Below, piece by piece: positions 17,801-27,248 of a DNA stretch of 62,784 bases. Numbering within the stretch: position 1 is the stretch's first letter; the number at the start of each line of letters is the position of its first letter. Under the pieces are notes generated by a model. It was not told the DNA's origin. It ran no database searches and saw only the letters and a list, made by a program, of their open reading frames with translations. The stretch is from contig CAYMWO010000001.1 in assembly GCA_964393905.1 (NCBI GenBank), forward strand, positions 1 through 62,784, written 5' to 3'. The DNA comes from an uncultured Bdellovibrionales bacterium (lineage in GTDB: Bacteria; Bdellovibrionota_C; UBA2361; SZUA-149; CAYMWO01). The translations under genes were made by a program, and so were the position numbers.

Positions 17801-18562
17801 ATGGATAGGGGAATGTACGTAGCGAGTTCGGGCGGACTGGTCAGCGCCCGACGTTTGGAGGTGGTTAGTAATAACCTCGCCAACGTCAGTACTGTCGGCT
17901 TTAAAGCTGAGCGGATTATCGCGCGTCAACAAGAGTTCTCCGATACGCTTGCTAGCCAGCTATCAAACACCACAGAGCGTGCGGCTAAAGACCATGAGCG
18001 AACTCCGGGAGTGGTTGATATCGCAACCTATACAGATTTTACCCCTGGCCCAATTGCAACAACGGGTAACCCCCTAGATGTGGCTCTAAATAAGCAGAAT
18101 CAGTTCTTTGTAGTTGGTACTCCAGATGGTCCGGCTTATACCCGTGCGGGAAATTTCACAATGAACGCTGAGCGACAAATTGTGACTCAGGACGGGCTGC
18201 CAGTTCAAGGTGATGGAGGTCCTCTCGAACTTCCGCCCGGCAAAATCTCAATTTCCGGAGATGGCACAGTAGTTGTTGGTGGACAAACTATCGGCAGGCT
18301 GCAGGTGGTTGAGATTGATGAACTAGACAAGTTGAAGCGCACTGAGGGAGTTCGTTTCCAGCTACCTGGAGGCGGGCAGGCGACAGCGGCTGAGAAACCA
18401 GAAGTCGTTTCAGAGGCGGTTGAGATGCCAAACGTTTCAGTTGTTGATGCAATGGTCGAGATGATTACGGCCCAGAAAGGTTTTGAAGCTTATACCAAAA
18501 CAATTAGAACAATTGACGAGCTAAATGATCGTGCGATTCGAAATGCCCGAGCAGGCGGCTAG
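17801..18562 (+). CDS. flgF: Flagellar basal-body rod protein FlgF
   Basis: N-terminal rod motif (SNNLANVSTVGFK) and the C-terminal conserved helix (ITAQKGFEAYTKTIRTIDEL). Directly precedes flgG. Confidence 0.85.
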   Translation: MDRGMYVASSGGLVSARRLEVVSNNLANVSTVGFKAERIIARQQEFSDTLASQLSNTTERAAKDHERTPGVVDIATYTDFTPGPIATTGNPLDVALNKQNQFFVVGTPDGPAYTRAGNFTMNAERQIVTQDGLPVQGDGGPLELPPGKISISGDGTVVVGGQTIGRLQVVEIDELDKLKRTEGVRFQLPGGGQATAAEKPEVVSEAVEMPNVSVVDAMVEMITAQKGFEAYTKTIRTIDELNDRAIRNARAGG

Positions 18563-18588
18563 TCAGAGCAAATAGAGGAAGGTTCTAT

Positions 18589-19374
18589 ATGATACGATCA
18601 CTTTTTACTGCTGCTACGGGTATGATTGCTCAGCAGATGAATCTTGATGTGATTGCCAACAACTTGGCAAACGTTAACACACCTGGATTCAAGAAGAGCC
18701 GCGCCGATTTTCAAGATCTGATGTATCAGATCATTCAGGAGCCGGGAACGTCCGAGCAACAGGGAGTAAGTCCGAATGGTATCCAGCTCGGACTTGGTGT
18801 GCGCACAGCGTCTGTGGGGAAGATACATTCTCAGGGTGATTTCGAATCAACTTCAAATCCATTTGACGTGGCGATAGAAGGTGACGGATTTTTTCAAGTG
18901 GCGCTTCCAAATGGAGACCAAGTTTATACCCGTGGCGGCTCATTTAAACTAAATGAGAACGGAAATCTAACAACTGCGGACGGCTACGAGATTCAGCCTA
19001 CAATTACAATCCCAGCGGATGCCATTGGAGTAACCATTTCAACTGACGGTATTGTTGAGGTTAAGCAGCCTGGGACCCCGACCCCAACGCAGGTCGGGCA
19101 GCTGCAGGTTGCACGCTTCCAAAATCCAGCCGGCATGAGAGCACGTGGTCGCAATCTCTTTGAAGAGACCGAATCATCAGGTGCTCCAACTTTAACTAAT
19201 CCAGGTGACGATGGGTCTGGAACATTGGCCCAGGGTTTTCTGGAAAGTTCTAACGTAAGTGTCGTGGAAGAAATAGTGCAGATGGTTACTGGTCAAAGGG
19301 CCTATGAGGCTAACTCCAAGGTCATTCAGACAGCGGACCAACTTCTGTCGAACGCAATTAACGTTAAGAGATAA
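18589..19374 (+). CDS. flgG: Flagellar distal rod protein FlgG
   Basis: MIRSLFTAATGM.AQQ...DVIANNLANVNTPGFK...GFLE.SNV..VEE.V.M...QRAYEANSKVIQTADQ, canonical FlgG. Confidence 0.92.
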   Translation: MIRSLFTAATGMIAQQMNLDVIANNLANVNTPGFKKSRADFQDLMYQIIQEPGTSEQQGVSPNGIQLGLGVRTASVGKIHSQGDFESTSNPFDVAIEGDGFFQVALPNGDQVYTRGGSFKLNENGNLTTADGYEIQPTITIPADAIGVTISTDGIVEVKQPGTPTPTQVGQLQVARFQNPAGMRARGRNLFEETESSGAPTLTNPGDDGSGTLAQGFLESSNVSVVEEIVQMVTGQRAYEANSKVIQTADQLLSNAINVKR

Positions 19375-19390
19375 GTGGAGTAATTGAGGG

Positions 19391-20383
19391 ATGAACTTTT
19401 CTGATCTTTATATGAAACTTGGGACCGCCATTATCGTGGGTCTGCTCTTAGTTGTGACTCCGGTTCAGGCCGAAAGGCGCCAAAGCCGACCAACAGTACA
19501 GGTCTATCCACAGGCGACAGTCAGCGGTGATAAAATTCTACTTAAGGACATTGCAAAAATTCGTTCTAGCGAGCCCGAGTTTAAGGAACTAACGAATAAG
19601 TTGGAAAACATTGTTATTAGCGAATCACCTGCACCGAAAACTCGAACTTCGATTCTCGGGCCAAAGGTCTTAGAAGCCATTGAAAGCGCCGGCATTCCGC
19701 TAGATACATTTGGCTATTCAATACCTAAGATTGTTTTTGTTGAGCGAGCTGGTCGGACATTAGAAAACGAAGAGATCCTTGCTGCGGTTCGAGGCGCAAT
19801 CACAGGTGATGCTGCTTTGGATCTGCAAGTTCGTGAGATTGTTTATTCCAATGATCAAATAATTCCTAATGGTGCAACGGAGTTTAAGGTCGAAAAGCTC
19901 GGAACATCTGCTGCTGGAAAGTTGCCCCTGAGAATTGAGGTTTATGTAGATAAACTTCCCGCCGCACGTTTTATGGCTACAGCGTTGGTGGATGACTGGC
20001 GCGAGGTGCCGGTTCTTAGCCGGGCGCTTGAACGGGGAATGCTAATTGGACCTCAGGATATCGAACTTGTGCGACTCAACCTTCTCAAACAGCCTACTGA
20101 CGTTGTCGGTAACGCTGATGAACTGATAGGGCGCCGGGCCAAATCCCGCTTAGCGGCTGGAGAAACTATTCGTCGTGCGCTTGTTGATCTCCCACCAGTA
20201 GTTGAGAAGGGCCGGGTCGTGGCGATTTCCTATCGTAGTGGCGGTTTGTATGCGACGGCGACAGGAGTTGCCCTGGCGGACGGCCTTACGGGCGATGAAA
20301 TTCCCGTTAAGAACGAAAGCTCGCAAAAGATTCTGAAAGCGCGAATCTTGAATCCATCAGAGGTAGAGGTTAAGGCTCAATGA
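19391..20383 (+). CDS. flgA: Flagellar P-ring assembly chaperone FlgA (long form)
   Basis: Signal peptide, a SAF-like C-terminal domain (GETIRRALVDLPPVVEKGRVVAI...) and position between flgG and flgH. At 330 aa it is longer than the usual size of about 220-250 aa. Confidence 0.8.
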   Translation: MNFSDLYMKLGTAIIVGLLLVVTPVQAERRQSRPTVQVYPQATVSGDKILLKDIAKIRSSEPEFKELTNKLENIVISESPAPKTRTSILGPKVLEAIESAGIPLDTFGYSIPKIVFVERAGRTLENEEILAAVRGAITGDAALDLQVREIVYSNDQIIPNGATEFKVEKLGTSAAGKLPLRIEVYVDKLPAARFMATALVDDWREVPVLSRALERGMLIGPQDIELVRLNLLKQPTDVVGNADELIGRRAKSRLAAGETIRRALVDLPPVVEKGRVVAISYRSGGLYATATGVALADGLTGDEIPVKNESSQKILKARILNPSEVEVKAQ

Positions 20384-21414
20384 TAAATAAGCAACTAAGA
20401 TTAATCTCATGCGGAACGTTTTTAGTAGTCGGCGCTATTGGATGTTCGGATGGACTCTACGAGCCCGATTTGAGCCCTAGACTAGTGCCAGCCGAAGAGT
20501 TTAGTAATTCTGTTCGTGCGGGCAAGGGAAAGGATTTCTCGATTTTTCGCACTGTGCGTTCGACACATGAAGCGGCCGAACGAGGCCAGCTAATGAACCC
20601 TACGACTCCAGCGGTAATGGTCGCAGGAGCTGGCGCTGCAGAACTAAAGTTTGTCGGGGACCCGAAACTTACCTCCAAAGGTTTTACATTAAAGAAAACT
20701 ATGGGTGCGCAACCGACAGCGGAAGAGTTGCAGGCAATGTCTGCGCCTCCACAACCCGAATTGGCGCCAGCCAGCTATCAAGAGAAAGGCGAGCTTCCTG
20801 GGCCACCTCCTGGAAGCGCTGCCCCATATTATCAGGGACAGATGACAGACAATCCCTCGCTTTGGCCGGATGAGGGTCAAGGGTCTTCTCTGTTTCGCGA
20901 TTTTCGTGCTTTTGAGCCTATGGATATCGTAACCATTATTATCAATGAGAAATCCGAGGGAAATAAGAAAGCAGATACTGATACAGAATCCAAGTTCTCA
21001 TTAATTGCTGCAATTAAGAGCTTCTTTGGTTTAGAGACCAAGAGTTGGGCCTCCAATAACGCTGGGTTGGATCCCTCATCAATGATTGATGCAACAACCA
21101 ACACTAAATTTGAAGGCACAGCGGAGACTAAGCGCTCAGGGACTCTTAAGGGGAAATTATCAGCAGTTATTATGGAAGTCCTGCCTAACGGTGTGTTGCG
21201 AGTAGAAGGCACTAAGATTATGGCGGTTAATAACGAAGAAGAGATCATGGTAGTCAGTGGTCTTATCCGCAATCGCGATATCGATGCTGTCAACCAGGTT
21301 GACTCCAGTCGAATTGCAAACATGCGGGTTGATTTTTACGGCCGTGGTGTAATGGCTGAGCATCAGAGCCCAGGCTGGGGTGCTCGGATATTTGAATATA
21401 TCTGGCCGTTCTAA
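20380..21414 (+). CDS. flgH: Flagellar L-ring lipoprotein FlgH with extended N-terminal region
   Basis: Lipobox VGAIGC. The C-terminal ~220 aa match FlgH (SLF.D.RA...GDIVTI.I.E...A.........K, GNLVV.G.K...). ATGA overlap with flgA. Confidence 0.88.
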   Translation: MINKQLRLISCGTFLVVGAIGCSDGLYEPDLSPRLVPAEEFSNSVRAGKGKDFSIFRTVRSTHEAAERGQLMNPTTPAVMVAGAGAAELKFVGDPKLTSKGFTLKKTMGAQPTAEELQAMSAPPQPELAPASYQEKGELPGPPPGSAAPYYQGQMTDNPSLWPDEGQGSSLFRDFRAFEPMDIVTIIINEKSEGNKKADTDTESKFSLIAAIKSFFGLETKSWASNNAGLDPSSMIDATTNTKFEGTAETKRSGTLKGKLSAVIMEVLPNGVLRVEGTKIMAVNNEEEIMVVSGLIRNRDIDAVNQVDSSRIANMRVDFYGRGVMAEHQSPGWGARIFEYIWPF

Positions 21415-21459
21415 TTGTCAGTTTTCTTGCAGTTGGGTTTTTAGAAGGATTTACGAAAC

Positions 21460-22560
21460 ATGAATCGCATAATTGCCGGGCTAATAATCTCATCCCTCGT
21501 CTGCTTTGCTCCACTTAGAGCAGAAGCAGCACGACTGAAGGACATAGCGGACATTGAAGGGGTTCGAGGAAACCAACTTTTAGGTTACGGTGTGGTGGTT
21601 GGATTAAAGGGAACTGGCGACAAGAAAGGAACTCAGTTTACCAGCCAAAGCGTAACCAACCTTTTGGAGAGACTCGGCGTGCGAGTGGACCCCAAGGATT
21701 TGAAACTTGCAAACGTCGCTGCGGTGGTTGCGACGGCGGATCTGCCGCCTTTTTCTCGCCCCGGCTCTAAGATTGATGTGACCCTATCCTCAATTGGTGA
21801 CGCATCGACGTTGCAGGGCGGAATTTTGCTCATGACTCCGCTCAAGGGAGCGGATGCAAAGGTCTACGCTGTAGCCCAAGGGTCTGTTTCCATTGGCGGC
21901 TTTAGTGTCGAAGAGGGAGGGGATACTGCGCAGAAAAATCACCCGACAGTTGGTAGGATTGCGCTTGGCGCGACGGTAGAGAAGTCTATCCCATTTGACA
22001 TGTTTGCCGCTGGGCAGGTCAGAGTAATTCTCAGACAGCCTGATTTTATTACTATTACGCGAGTCCAAGACGCGATTAATGGCATGATTGGAGCCGGCCG
22101 CTCTAAAGCGATTGATAGTGCCAGCGTAGTTGTTCCATTAGATGAAATGATGGGTCAGGCCCCAGTGCAGTTAATAGCCAGACTAGAGGAGCTTTCTATC
22201 GACCCGGATGTACCAGCGCGAGTGGTTGTAAATGAACGCACGGGTACTATTATCATGGGTGAGAATGTCAGAGTATCAACTGTGGCCTTGGCTCATGGAA
22301 ATCTTAACATTTCAATTAGGCAAGAGACCCAGGTATCGCAACCAAACGCCTTAGCCGCTGGAGAGACAGCTGTGGTTAACAACACAGATGTTCAAGTCGG
22401 TGAAGAGGGCGGTCAACTTACGCTAGTGGATGCGACAGTCAGTCTTGGAGATGTAGTAAAGGCCCTAAATGGCTTGGGTGCGACCCCTAGAGATTTGATA
22501 GCCATCTTCCAAGCAATGCAGCGCGCAGGAGCACTTCAGGCTGAATTGGTTGTGATGTAG
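21460..22560 (+). CDS. flgI: Flagellar P-ring protein FlgI
   Basis: RLKDIADIEGVRGNQLLGYGVVVGLKGTGD and the C-terminal LNGLGATPRDLIAIFQAMQRAGALQAELVVM are canonical. Confidence 0.92.
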   Translation: MNRIIAGLIISSLVCFAPLRAEAARLKDIADIEGVRGNQLLGYGVVVGLKGTGDKKGTQFTSQSVTNLLERLGVRVDPKDLKLANVAAVVATADLPPFSRPGSKIDVTLSSIGDASTLQGGILLMTPLKGADAKVYAVAQGSVSIGGFSVEEGGDTAQKNHPTVGRIALGATVEKSIPFDMFAAGQVRVILRQPDFITITRVQDAINGMIGAGRSKAIDSASVVVPLDEMMGQAPVQLIARLEELSIDPDVPARVVVNERTGTIIMGENVRVSTVALAHGNLNISIRQETQVSQPNALAAGETAVVNNTDVQVGEEGGQLTLVDATVSLGDVVKALNGLGATPRDLIAIFQAMQRAGALQAELVVM

Positions 22561-22582
22561 TGCTTAAAGGAGCTACAGATTT

Positions 22583-22939
22583 ATGTCTAAAATAGAGTCA
22601 CTTAAATCGCTAGATCCCTCGATTGGGGCCGCCTTAACTCAGAGTTCGGTTGCTACCGATAAGGCAAAAGCACTGGCAGGGCAGGAGATTAAGTCAGAAA
22701 AGGAGCTAGATAAGGCGGCTTCTGGATTTGAGGCACTACTTTTGCATGAAATGCTAAAGTCGATGTGGGCAACGATTGATACTACGGGGCTGCTGGGGGA
22801 GGAAAGCAATCAATCCCAAATTTATAGGGATATGCTTAACCAGGCAATGTCGGACTCGATTTCCGAAGGGCGTGGAATTGGTGTGAAAGATTTCGTAAAG
22901 CGCGAAATCTCATCCCAACGACAAGCATCTAAGAAGTAA
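22583..22939 (+). CDS. flgJ: Rod-binding (FlgJ N-terminal-type) protein without muramidase domain
   Basis: 118 aa containing ASGFEALLLHEMLKSM, the Rod_binding motif. No glucosaminidase domain follows. Confidence 0.75.
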   Translation: MSKIESLKSLDPSIGAALTQSSVATDKAKALAGQEIKSEKELDKAASGFEALLLHEMLKSMWATIDTTGLLGEESNQSQIYRDMLNQAMSDSISEGRGIGVKDFVKREISSQRQASKK

Positions 22940-22988
22940 GGGATTGGTTCAAGATTTACACGGAATTAGTATCAAATCCAGATATCTT

Positions 22989-23016
22989 TAAAGTTTAAGG
23001 CCGCCTACGTCGATAG
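22989..23016 (+). promoter_or_regulatory. Sigma28 (FliA)-type promoter upstream of flgM
   Basis: TAAAGTTT (22989-22996), a 12-nt spacer, then GTCGATAG (23009-23016), against the enteric consensus TAAAGTTT-N11-GCCGATAA. About 125 nt upstream of the flgM ATG. Confidence 0.6.
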
Positions 23017-23141
23017 TTGCACTCGAAGGTGTAGAGTTCGTCAAGGACTGCCAGGTTGTTAAAGCTAAGGATAGCTCTCGATTAGATCCTTCTTCGTGCG
23101 TTGTTGATCATTTAAATTCTATTCGAAGGAGTTGAGTAGCG

Positions 23142-23447
23142 ATGAGAATATCCGATATTTTCAAACAGCAGACCGTTTCTGAATCAGGCCGTGCCAAGGC
23201 TAACCAAAACCCGTACGCCAAAAGTCAAAGCAACGAAGCAGGGAATGAACCCGGTGAGGATCGAGTAAGTATCTCGTCTCTCTCTAAGCAGCTTTCTCAG
23301 GTCTCACAAATCGTTTCTGACGACGATTCGCAGCGTAGGGGCCGAGTGCAGGAACTTAAAGCAAAAGTCGAATCTGGCGAATATCAGATTGATTCGAACT
23401 CTATTGCTCAATCGATAGTTTCTTTTGCAAAGGATGATCGGGAGTAA
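23142..23447 (+). CDS. flgM: Anti-sigma-28 factor FlgM
   Basis: 101 aa, low complexity at the N-terminus, C-terminal V.ELKAKVESGEYQIDSN.IAQ.I motif typical of FlgM. Followed by flgN-flgK-flgL. Confidence 0.8.
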   Translation: MRISDIFKQQTVSESGRAKANQNPYAKSQSNEAGNEPGEDRVSISSLSKQLSQVSQIVSDDDSQRRGRVQELKAKVESGEYQIDSNSIAQSIVSFAKDDRE

Positions 23448-23519
23448 TAATCCCTGTTCCTGTCGGCATTCGTCTTGCATCTAAAGCTTATGAAACCAAG
23501 TTTCTAAGGGGTGTGGACC

Positions 23520-24056
23520 ATGGCAGACTATCGTTTACTTCTAAAGCTTTTACAGAAAGAACTCGGCAAGCAAGAGAAGCTCCTGGAGCTCCTTACAAAG
23601 GAGCGTGTAGCGATTGTTAAGCTAAACCAGGAGCAGCTCAACGAATTACGAACTCAAAAAGAGCGAATTTTTTCTGAGGCTCACGAAGTAGAGGTTGAAC
23701 GAAGTTCAATTATTGCCGAACTAAGCTTGTCCTGGAACAAGAATGCGGGGAGGGCGGACAAGAAGACACCCATCAAATTCTCTGAAATAATCGAGCATTG
23801 CCCTGATAATCAGACTAAACGCGAACTCAAGAAAGTTGGCGAGGATTTGAAAGCAGCGGCTTCTAATACCCAAGAATTAAACGAACATAATTCCCAGTTG
23901 ATCAAACAAACCTTGGGGATTATTGCGACGACGATTTCCATTATGCGATCAACTCCAGCCACTGGGTTGCCATCATACGGCAGCACCGGTCAGCTGACGG
24001 GCGAAGACGATAAGAATTTTATTCGTCGCTCAGGTGCTGTAAGCCGCGAAGCCTAA
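23520..24056 (+). CDS. flgN: FlgN-family flagellar export chaperone
   Basis: Helical protein (LL.LL.KEL......LL..ER.AI...N...L) in the flgM-flgN-flgK position. ATG 23520 has a GGGG Shine-Dalgarno about 9 nt upstream. The track ORF starts at GTG 23511. Confidence 0.65.
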   Translation: MADYRLLLKLLQKELGKQEKLLELLTKERVAIVKLNQEQLNELRTQKERIFSEAHEVEVERSSIIAELSLSWNKNAGRADKKTPIKFSEIIEHCPDNQTKRELKKVGEDLKAAASNTQELNEHNSQLIKQTLGIIATTISIMRSTPATGLPSYGSTGQLTGEDDKNFIRRSGAVSREA

Positions 24057-24266
24057 TATAACCGCTAGGTTAAAACTTACCTTAAACAGGCAAAATTGAC
24101 CTGGCGGTTTAGGTTCTGATTTCAATCAAGCCCCCTACCCTCGTTAACATACTAAAGTCACTTCAGTTTTTACCACTCATTCCCAGGCTTAAATAGCACG
24201 CTTCTTGCGATGATCGCCTTGGCACCTAAATTCTATAGGGATCGGTTGTGTTAGAGAGGGGATTGT

Positions 24267-25940
24267 ATGGCTGGCGGAATTAACGGACTACTTAACATCG
24301 CAAATAGTTCTCTGCAGACGCAGACGCAGGCTATTCGAGTACTCGGATCTAATATCGCCAATGTTAATACACCCGGCTACTCCCGTAGAAAACCAGAGAT
24401 CAATTCTCTTACTCCCCAGGGCCCGCAAGAAGCAGCGCTAGGGACAGGTGTAGAACTTTCCCGAGTATCTCAACTTGTAGATCAGTTTGTTAATGCTAAT
24501 TTACGCGGAAAGATGAGTGACAGTGCCAAAGCTGATGCACGAGCTTTGCTCTTAGGAAGGGCAGAAAGTTCATTCTCCCTTGATTCTGATGTTGGGCAAA
24601 TTGGAGTTGCTCTCTCGGAGTTCTTCGGCGCTCTTGATGATTTGGCTCTAAACCCTCAGAGCATTCCTCTTCGGTCCAAAGTGCTTGAATCTGGTCAAAA
24701 GCTGGTTGCAACTATCAGTTCTTCCTTTAATAACATAGCGGAGCTTCAGCGCGAAGCTGACACACGGCTGGGAACCGCGGTGACTGAGGTTAATCGCCTA
24801 ACAGCGCAAATCGCAGATATTAATAAAAAGATTGCGGCAACCGAGGTTGGCGACCAAGAACACCTAACTTTAAGAGATCAACGAGGGGTCGCGCTGCAAG
24901 ACCTGGCAAAGCTTATTTCGTTTACAACAATAGAAGACAGTCAGGGAAGGGTAAGTGTCTCACTGGCGGACGGATTTGGATTAGTAACCGGCGAAAGGTC
25001 TAGAAGTTTAGAAATGACAGCAGCTCCGACCTTTGCGCCAGTTGGTGGCTACCCTCCAGGAATGGACGGGAGTGCGCTCAGGCATATCGTTTTTGACTTC
25101 GATCCAACTGCTGGAACCTCCCATGCTGATTATACTTCTGTATTGGCAGCTGGCTCCGGAGAAATTGCGGGACTTCTAACGGCCCGTGGTGTGCAGTCAG
25201 ACCTTGATAACGACCCATTTGATGCGGTAGGTGATTTAGTCTCAATCGGCTCTAGGGTTGAGGCTATTGCTCAGGTACTTCTGACCTCGTTCAACATGAC
25301 ATATCTTGGAACGACCGACGAAGACACAACTACACCAGCCTACTTTGACCCAAATTCAGGCGGTCTTAACACCTTCGGCCCCGTTACGAACAATCCAGAT
25401 GGGAGCATCTTCTCGCTCTTTACCTTTACTGGGGCGAATGCCGCATCGGACGCAGATGCTGACGGGCAACCGGAACTAACCGACTTATCGGCGGTGGGCT
25501 TTGCAAGTTATGCTTCGAGATTACAGTTTGCAGTACCTAACGAGGAATCTCTAGCTGCAGCAATCGATTTTGATCCAATAGATGGCAGCATTTTATTCTT
25601 ACCTGGAGACGGCACCAACGCCGCTCGAGTGGCTGCGCTTCGTAATACCTTACATGTTGTCTCTGTGGGAAATTATAGCTCGAGTGGAATTACGATAGAA
25701 GATATTTACAACGAAACCGTTGTCGCCGTGGGCGGGATGGCAGATCGTGCTAATGACGACCTGAAATTAGCGCAGGATAAAGAGGCTGCAACCTTGGAAC
25801 TGCAACAGTCAATTTCTGGCGTTAATATTGACGAGGAATTTGCAAAACTAATCGCCTTTCAGCGAGCCTTTGAGGCTTCGGCGCGAATGATTCGGACTGG
25901 TGATGATTTACTTGGTCAGATTATGCAACTTGTTGGGTAG
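24267..25940 (+). CDS. flgK: Flagellar hook-associated protein 1 (FlgK)
   Basis: N-terminal L.IA.S.L...Q.AI.V.G.NIANVNTPGYSRR and C-terminal SGVNIDEEFAKLIAFQRAFEASARMI. Confidence 0.9.
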   Translation: MAGGINGLLNIANSSLQTQTQAIRVLGSNIANVNTPGYSRRKPEINSLTPQGPQEAALGTGVELSRVSQLVDQFVNANLRGKMSDSAKADARALLLGRAESSFSLDSDVGQIGVALSEFFGALDDLALNPQSIPLRSKVLESGQKLVATISSSFNNIAELQREADTRLGTAVTEVNRLTAQIADINKKIAATEVGDQEHLTLRDQRGVALQDLAKLISFTTIEDSQGRVSVSLADGFGLVTGERSRSLEMTAAPTFAPVGGYPPGMDGSALRHIVFDFDPTAGTSHADYTSVLAAGSGEIAGLLTARGVQSDLDNDPFDAVGDLVSIGSRVEAIAQVLLTSFNMTYLGTTDEDTTTPAYFDPNSGGLNTFGPVTNNPDGSIFSLFTFTGANAASDADADGQPELTDLSAVGFASYASRLQFAVPNEESLAAAIDFDPIDGSILFLPGDGTNAARVAALRNTLHVVSVGNYSSSGITIEDIYNETVVAVGGMADRANDDLKLAQDKEAATLELQQSISGVNIDEEFAKLIAFQRAFEASARMIRTGDDLLGQIMQLVG

Positions 25941-25945
25941 AAGGT

Positions 25946-26983
25946 ATGACTCTCAGAATTTCGACTAATCAGGCTACTTCCGCTTTCATTGACCAAATGT
26001 TTCGTCAGCGGCAACAGCTGACTGACGTACAGAATGAAATCTCAACTGGAGTTAAGGTTTCTAAGCCTAGCGATGATCCGGCTAGCGCGGGCTCAATTGC
26101 AGAATATCAGTCGGCACTAACCAGAATCCAGCGTCATCAGGACAGAATTTCCCAGGGGACTGGACTTTTGCAGGTTCAGGAGTCTGCGCTTCAAGAGGCT
26201 AATAACCTTCTTGTTCGGGCTAAAGAATTGGCCGCTCAAGGAGCGAACGAAACTCTCTCATCAGAGCAGAGAGCGCAAATGTCCGTAGAAGTTTTTGGAA
26301 TTAGAGATGCACTAGTTAATCTCGCCAATACTCGTTATCAGACGTCGTATGTCTGGGGCGGAATTGACTCTGACGATCCGCCTTTTGGTCGCAGTGTGCC
26401 ATTAACGTACCCCGATCCGAATCTTACGAATCCAAACGATCCGGCCGGAATTCGCTACGACTATGACGGCGTAGCCCCCGTAACTCCCTCGTCCGTTAGA
26501 GTGAACGATAGCACAACAGTGCGCCTTCAAACCGATGGTGCGGCCGTTTGGCTGAACGCCATAGCTGGCGTAGAGAGATTAGGGCGTGCTCTTGCCGGGT
26601 ACGACACCACGCCAGTTGCTGATACCACAACACCAACCCCCGCGACTTTCATTCCGGATGGCGGTGGATTAGCACTGACCCTTCCTGCCCAATATGATGC
26701 GCAAACGAGCCTTATTATCGGGGCCATGGATATTATCGACTACGCCCGGACAAATGATATCATTCGAGAGCAAACTAGTCTGGGGTCGAGGGTGAACAAC
26801 CTCGAGCAGGCAGACTCTGTGCTGTCAACTATCAAATCCGAAATCGATCAGTCGCGCTCCACATTACAGGATACCGACGTCGCTGAAGCTGCGGCCCGAT
26901 TCTCCAATTTGCAGTTGGCTCTCCAGGGACTATACGCATCCGGAACCCAGATTAACCGACTTTCCCTCCTAGACTTCCTCTAA
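25946..26983 (+). CDS. flgL: Flagellar hook-associated protein 3 (FlgL)
   Basis: MTLRISTNQ N-terminus, flagellin-like N and C helices (DTDVAEAAARFSNLQLALQ). Follows flgK. Confidence 0.85.
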   Translation: MTLRISTNQATSAFIDQMFRQRQQLTDVQNEISTGVKVSKPSDDPASAGSIAEYQSALTRIQRHQDRISQGTGLLQVQESALQEANNLLVRAKELAAQGANETLSSEQRAQMSVEVFGIRDALVNLANTRYQTSYVWGGIDSDDPPFGRSVPLTYPDPNLTNPNDPAGIRYDYDGVAPVTPSSVRVNDSTTVRLQTDGAAVWLNAIAGVERLGRALAGYDTTPVADTTTPTPATFIPDGGGLALTLPAQYDAQTSLIIGAMDIIDYARTNDIIREQTSLGSRVNNLEQADSVLSTIKSEIDQSRSTLQDTDVAEAAARFSNLQLALQGLYASGTQINRLSLLDFL

Positions 26984-27248
26984 AATGGAACCCTTCGCTA
27001 TTGGCGGACTCAGTGCAGCTTTTTTCCAGATGAAGCATTAGTTTGGGGATCAATAATTGCCGTTTCGGCAGTGGTTAATATATGTTACCTTTCTGATGTG
27101 ATTTTCTCAGGGACGAGGAAGTCTGGGCAGATGATGCCGAGGATTTTCTCATGGATATAATTCGAGTATAGCTGTATTCAAGCATGCTAGTGCTCGAAGT
27201 TGTGCTATTCACTGAGTTAGTTTTAGCAATCTGCCACTGGAGTTTTAA

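Noticed and set aside
20877-21323. 148-aa ORF antisense to flgH
   Set aside because: It is a shadow ORF opposite a confidently identified flgH, with no motifs or start context.
22941-22990. tRNA-like T-loop string (GGTTCAAG) in the flgJ-flgM gap
   Set aside because: The flanking bases cannot form a T-stem or an acceptor stem. No cloverleaf can be drawn. No tRNA was recognised anywhere in the window.
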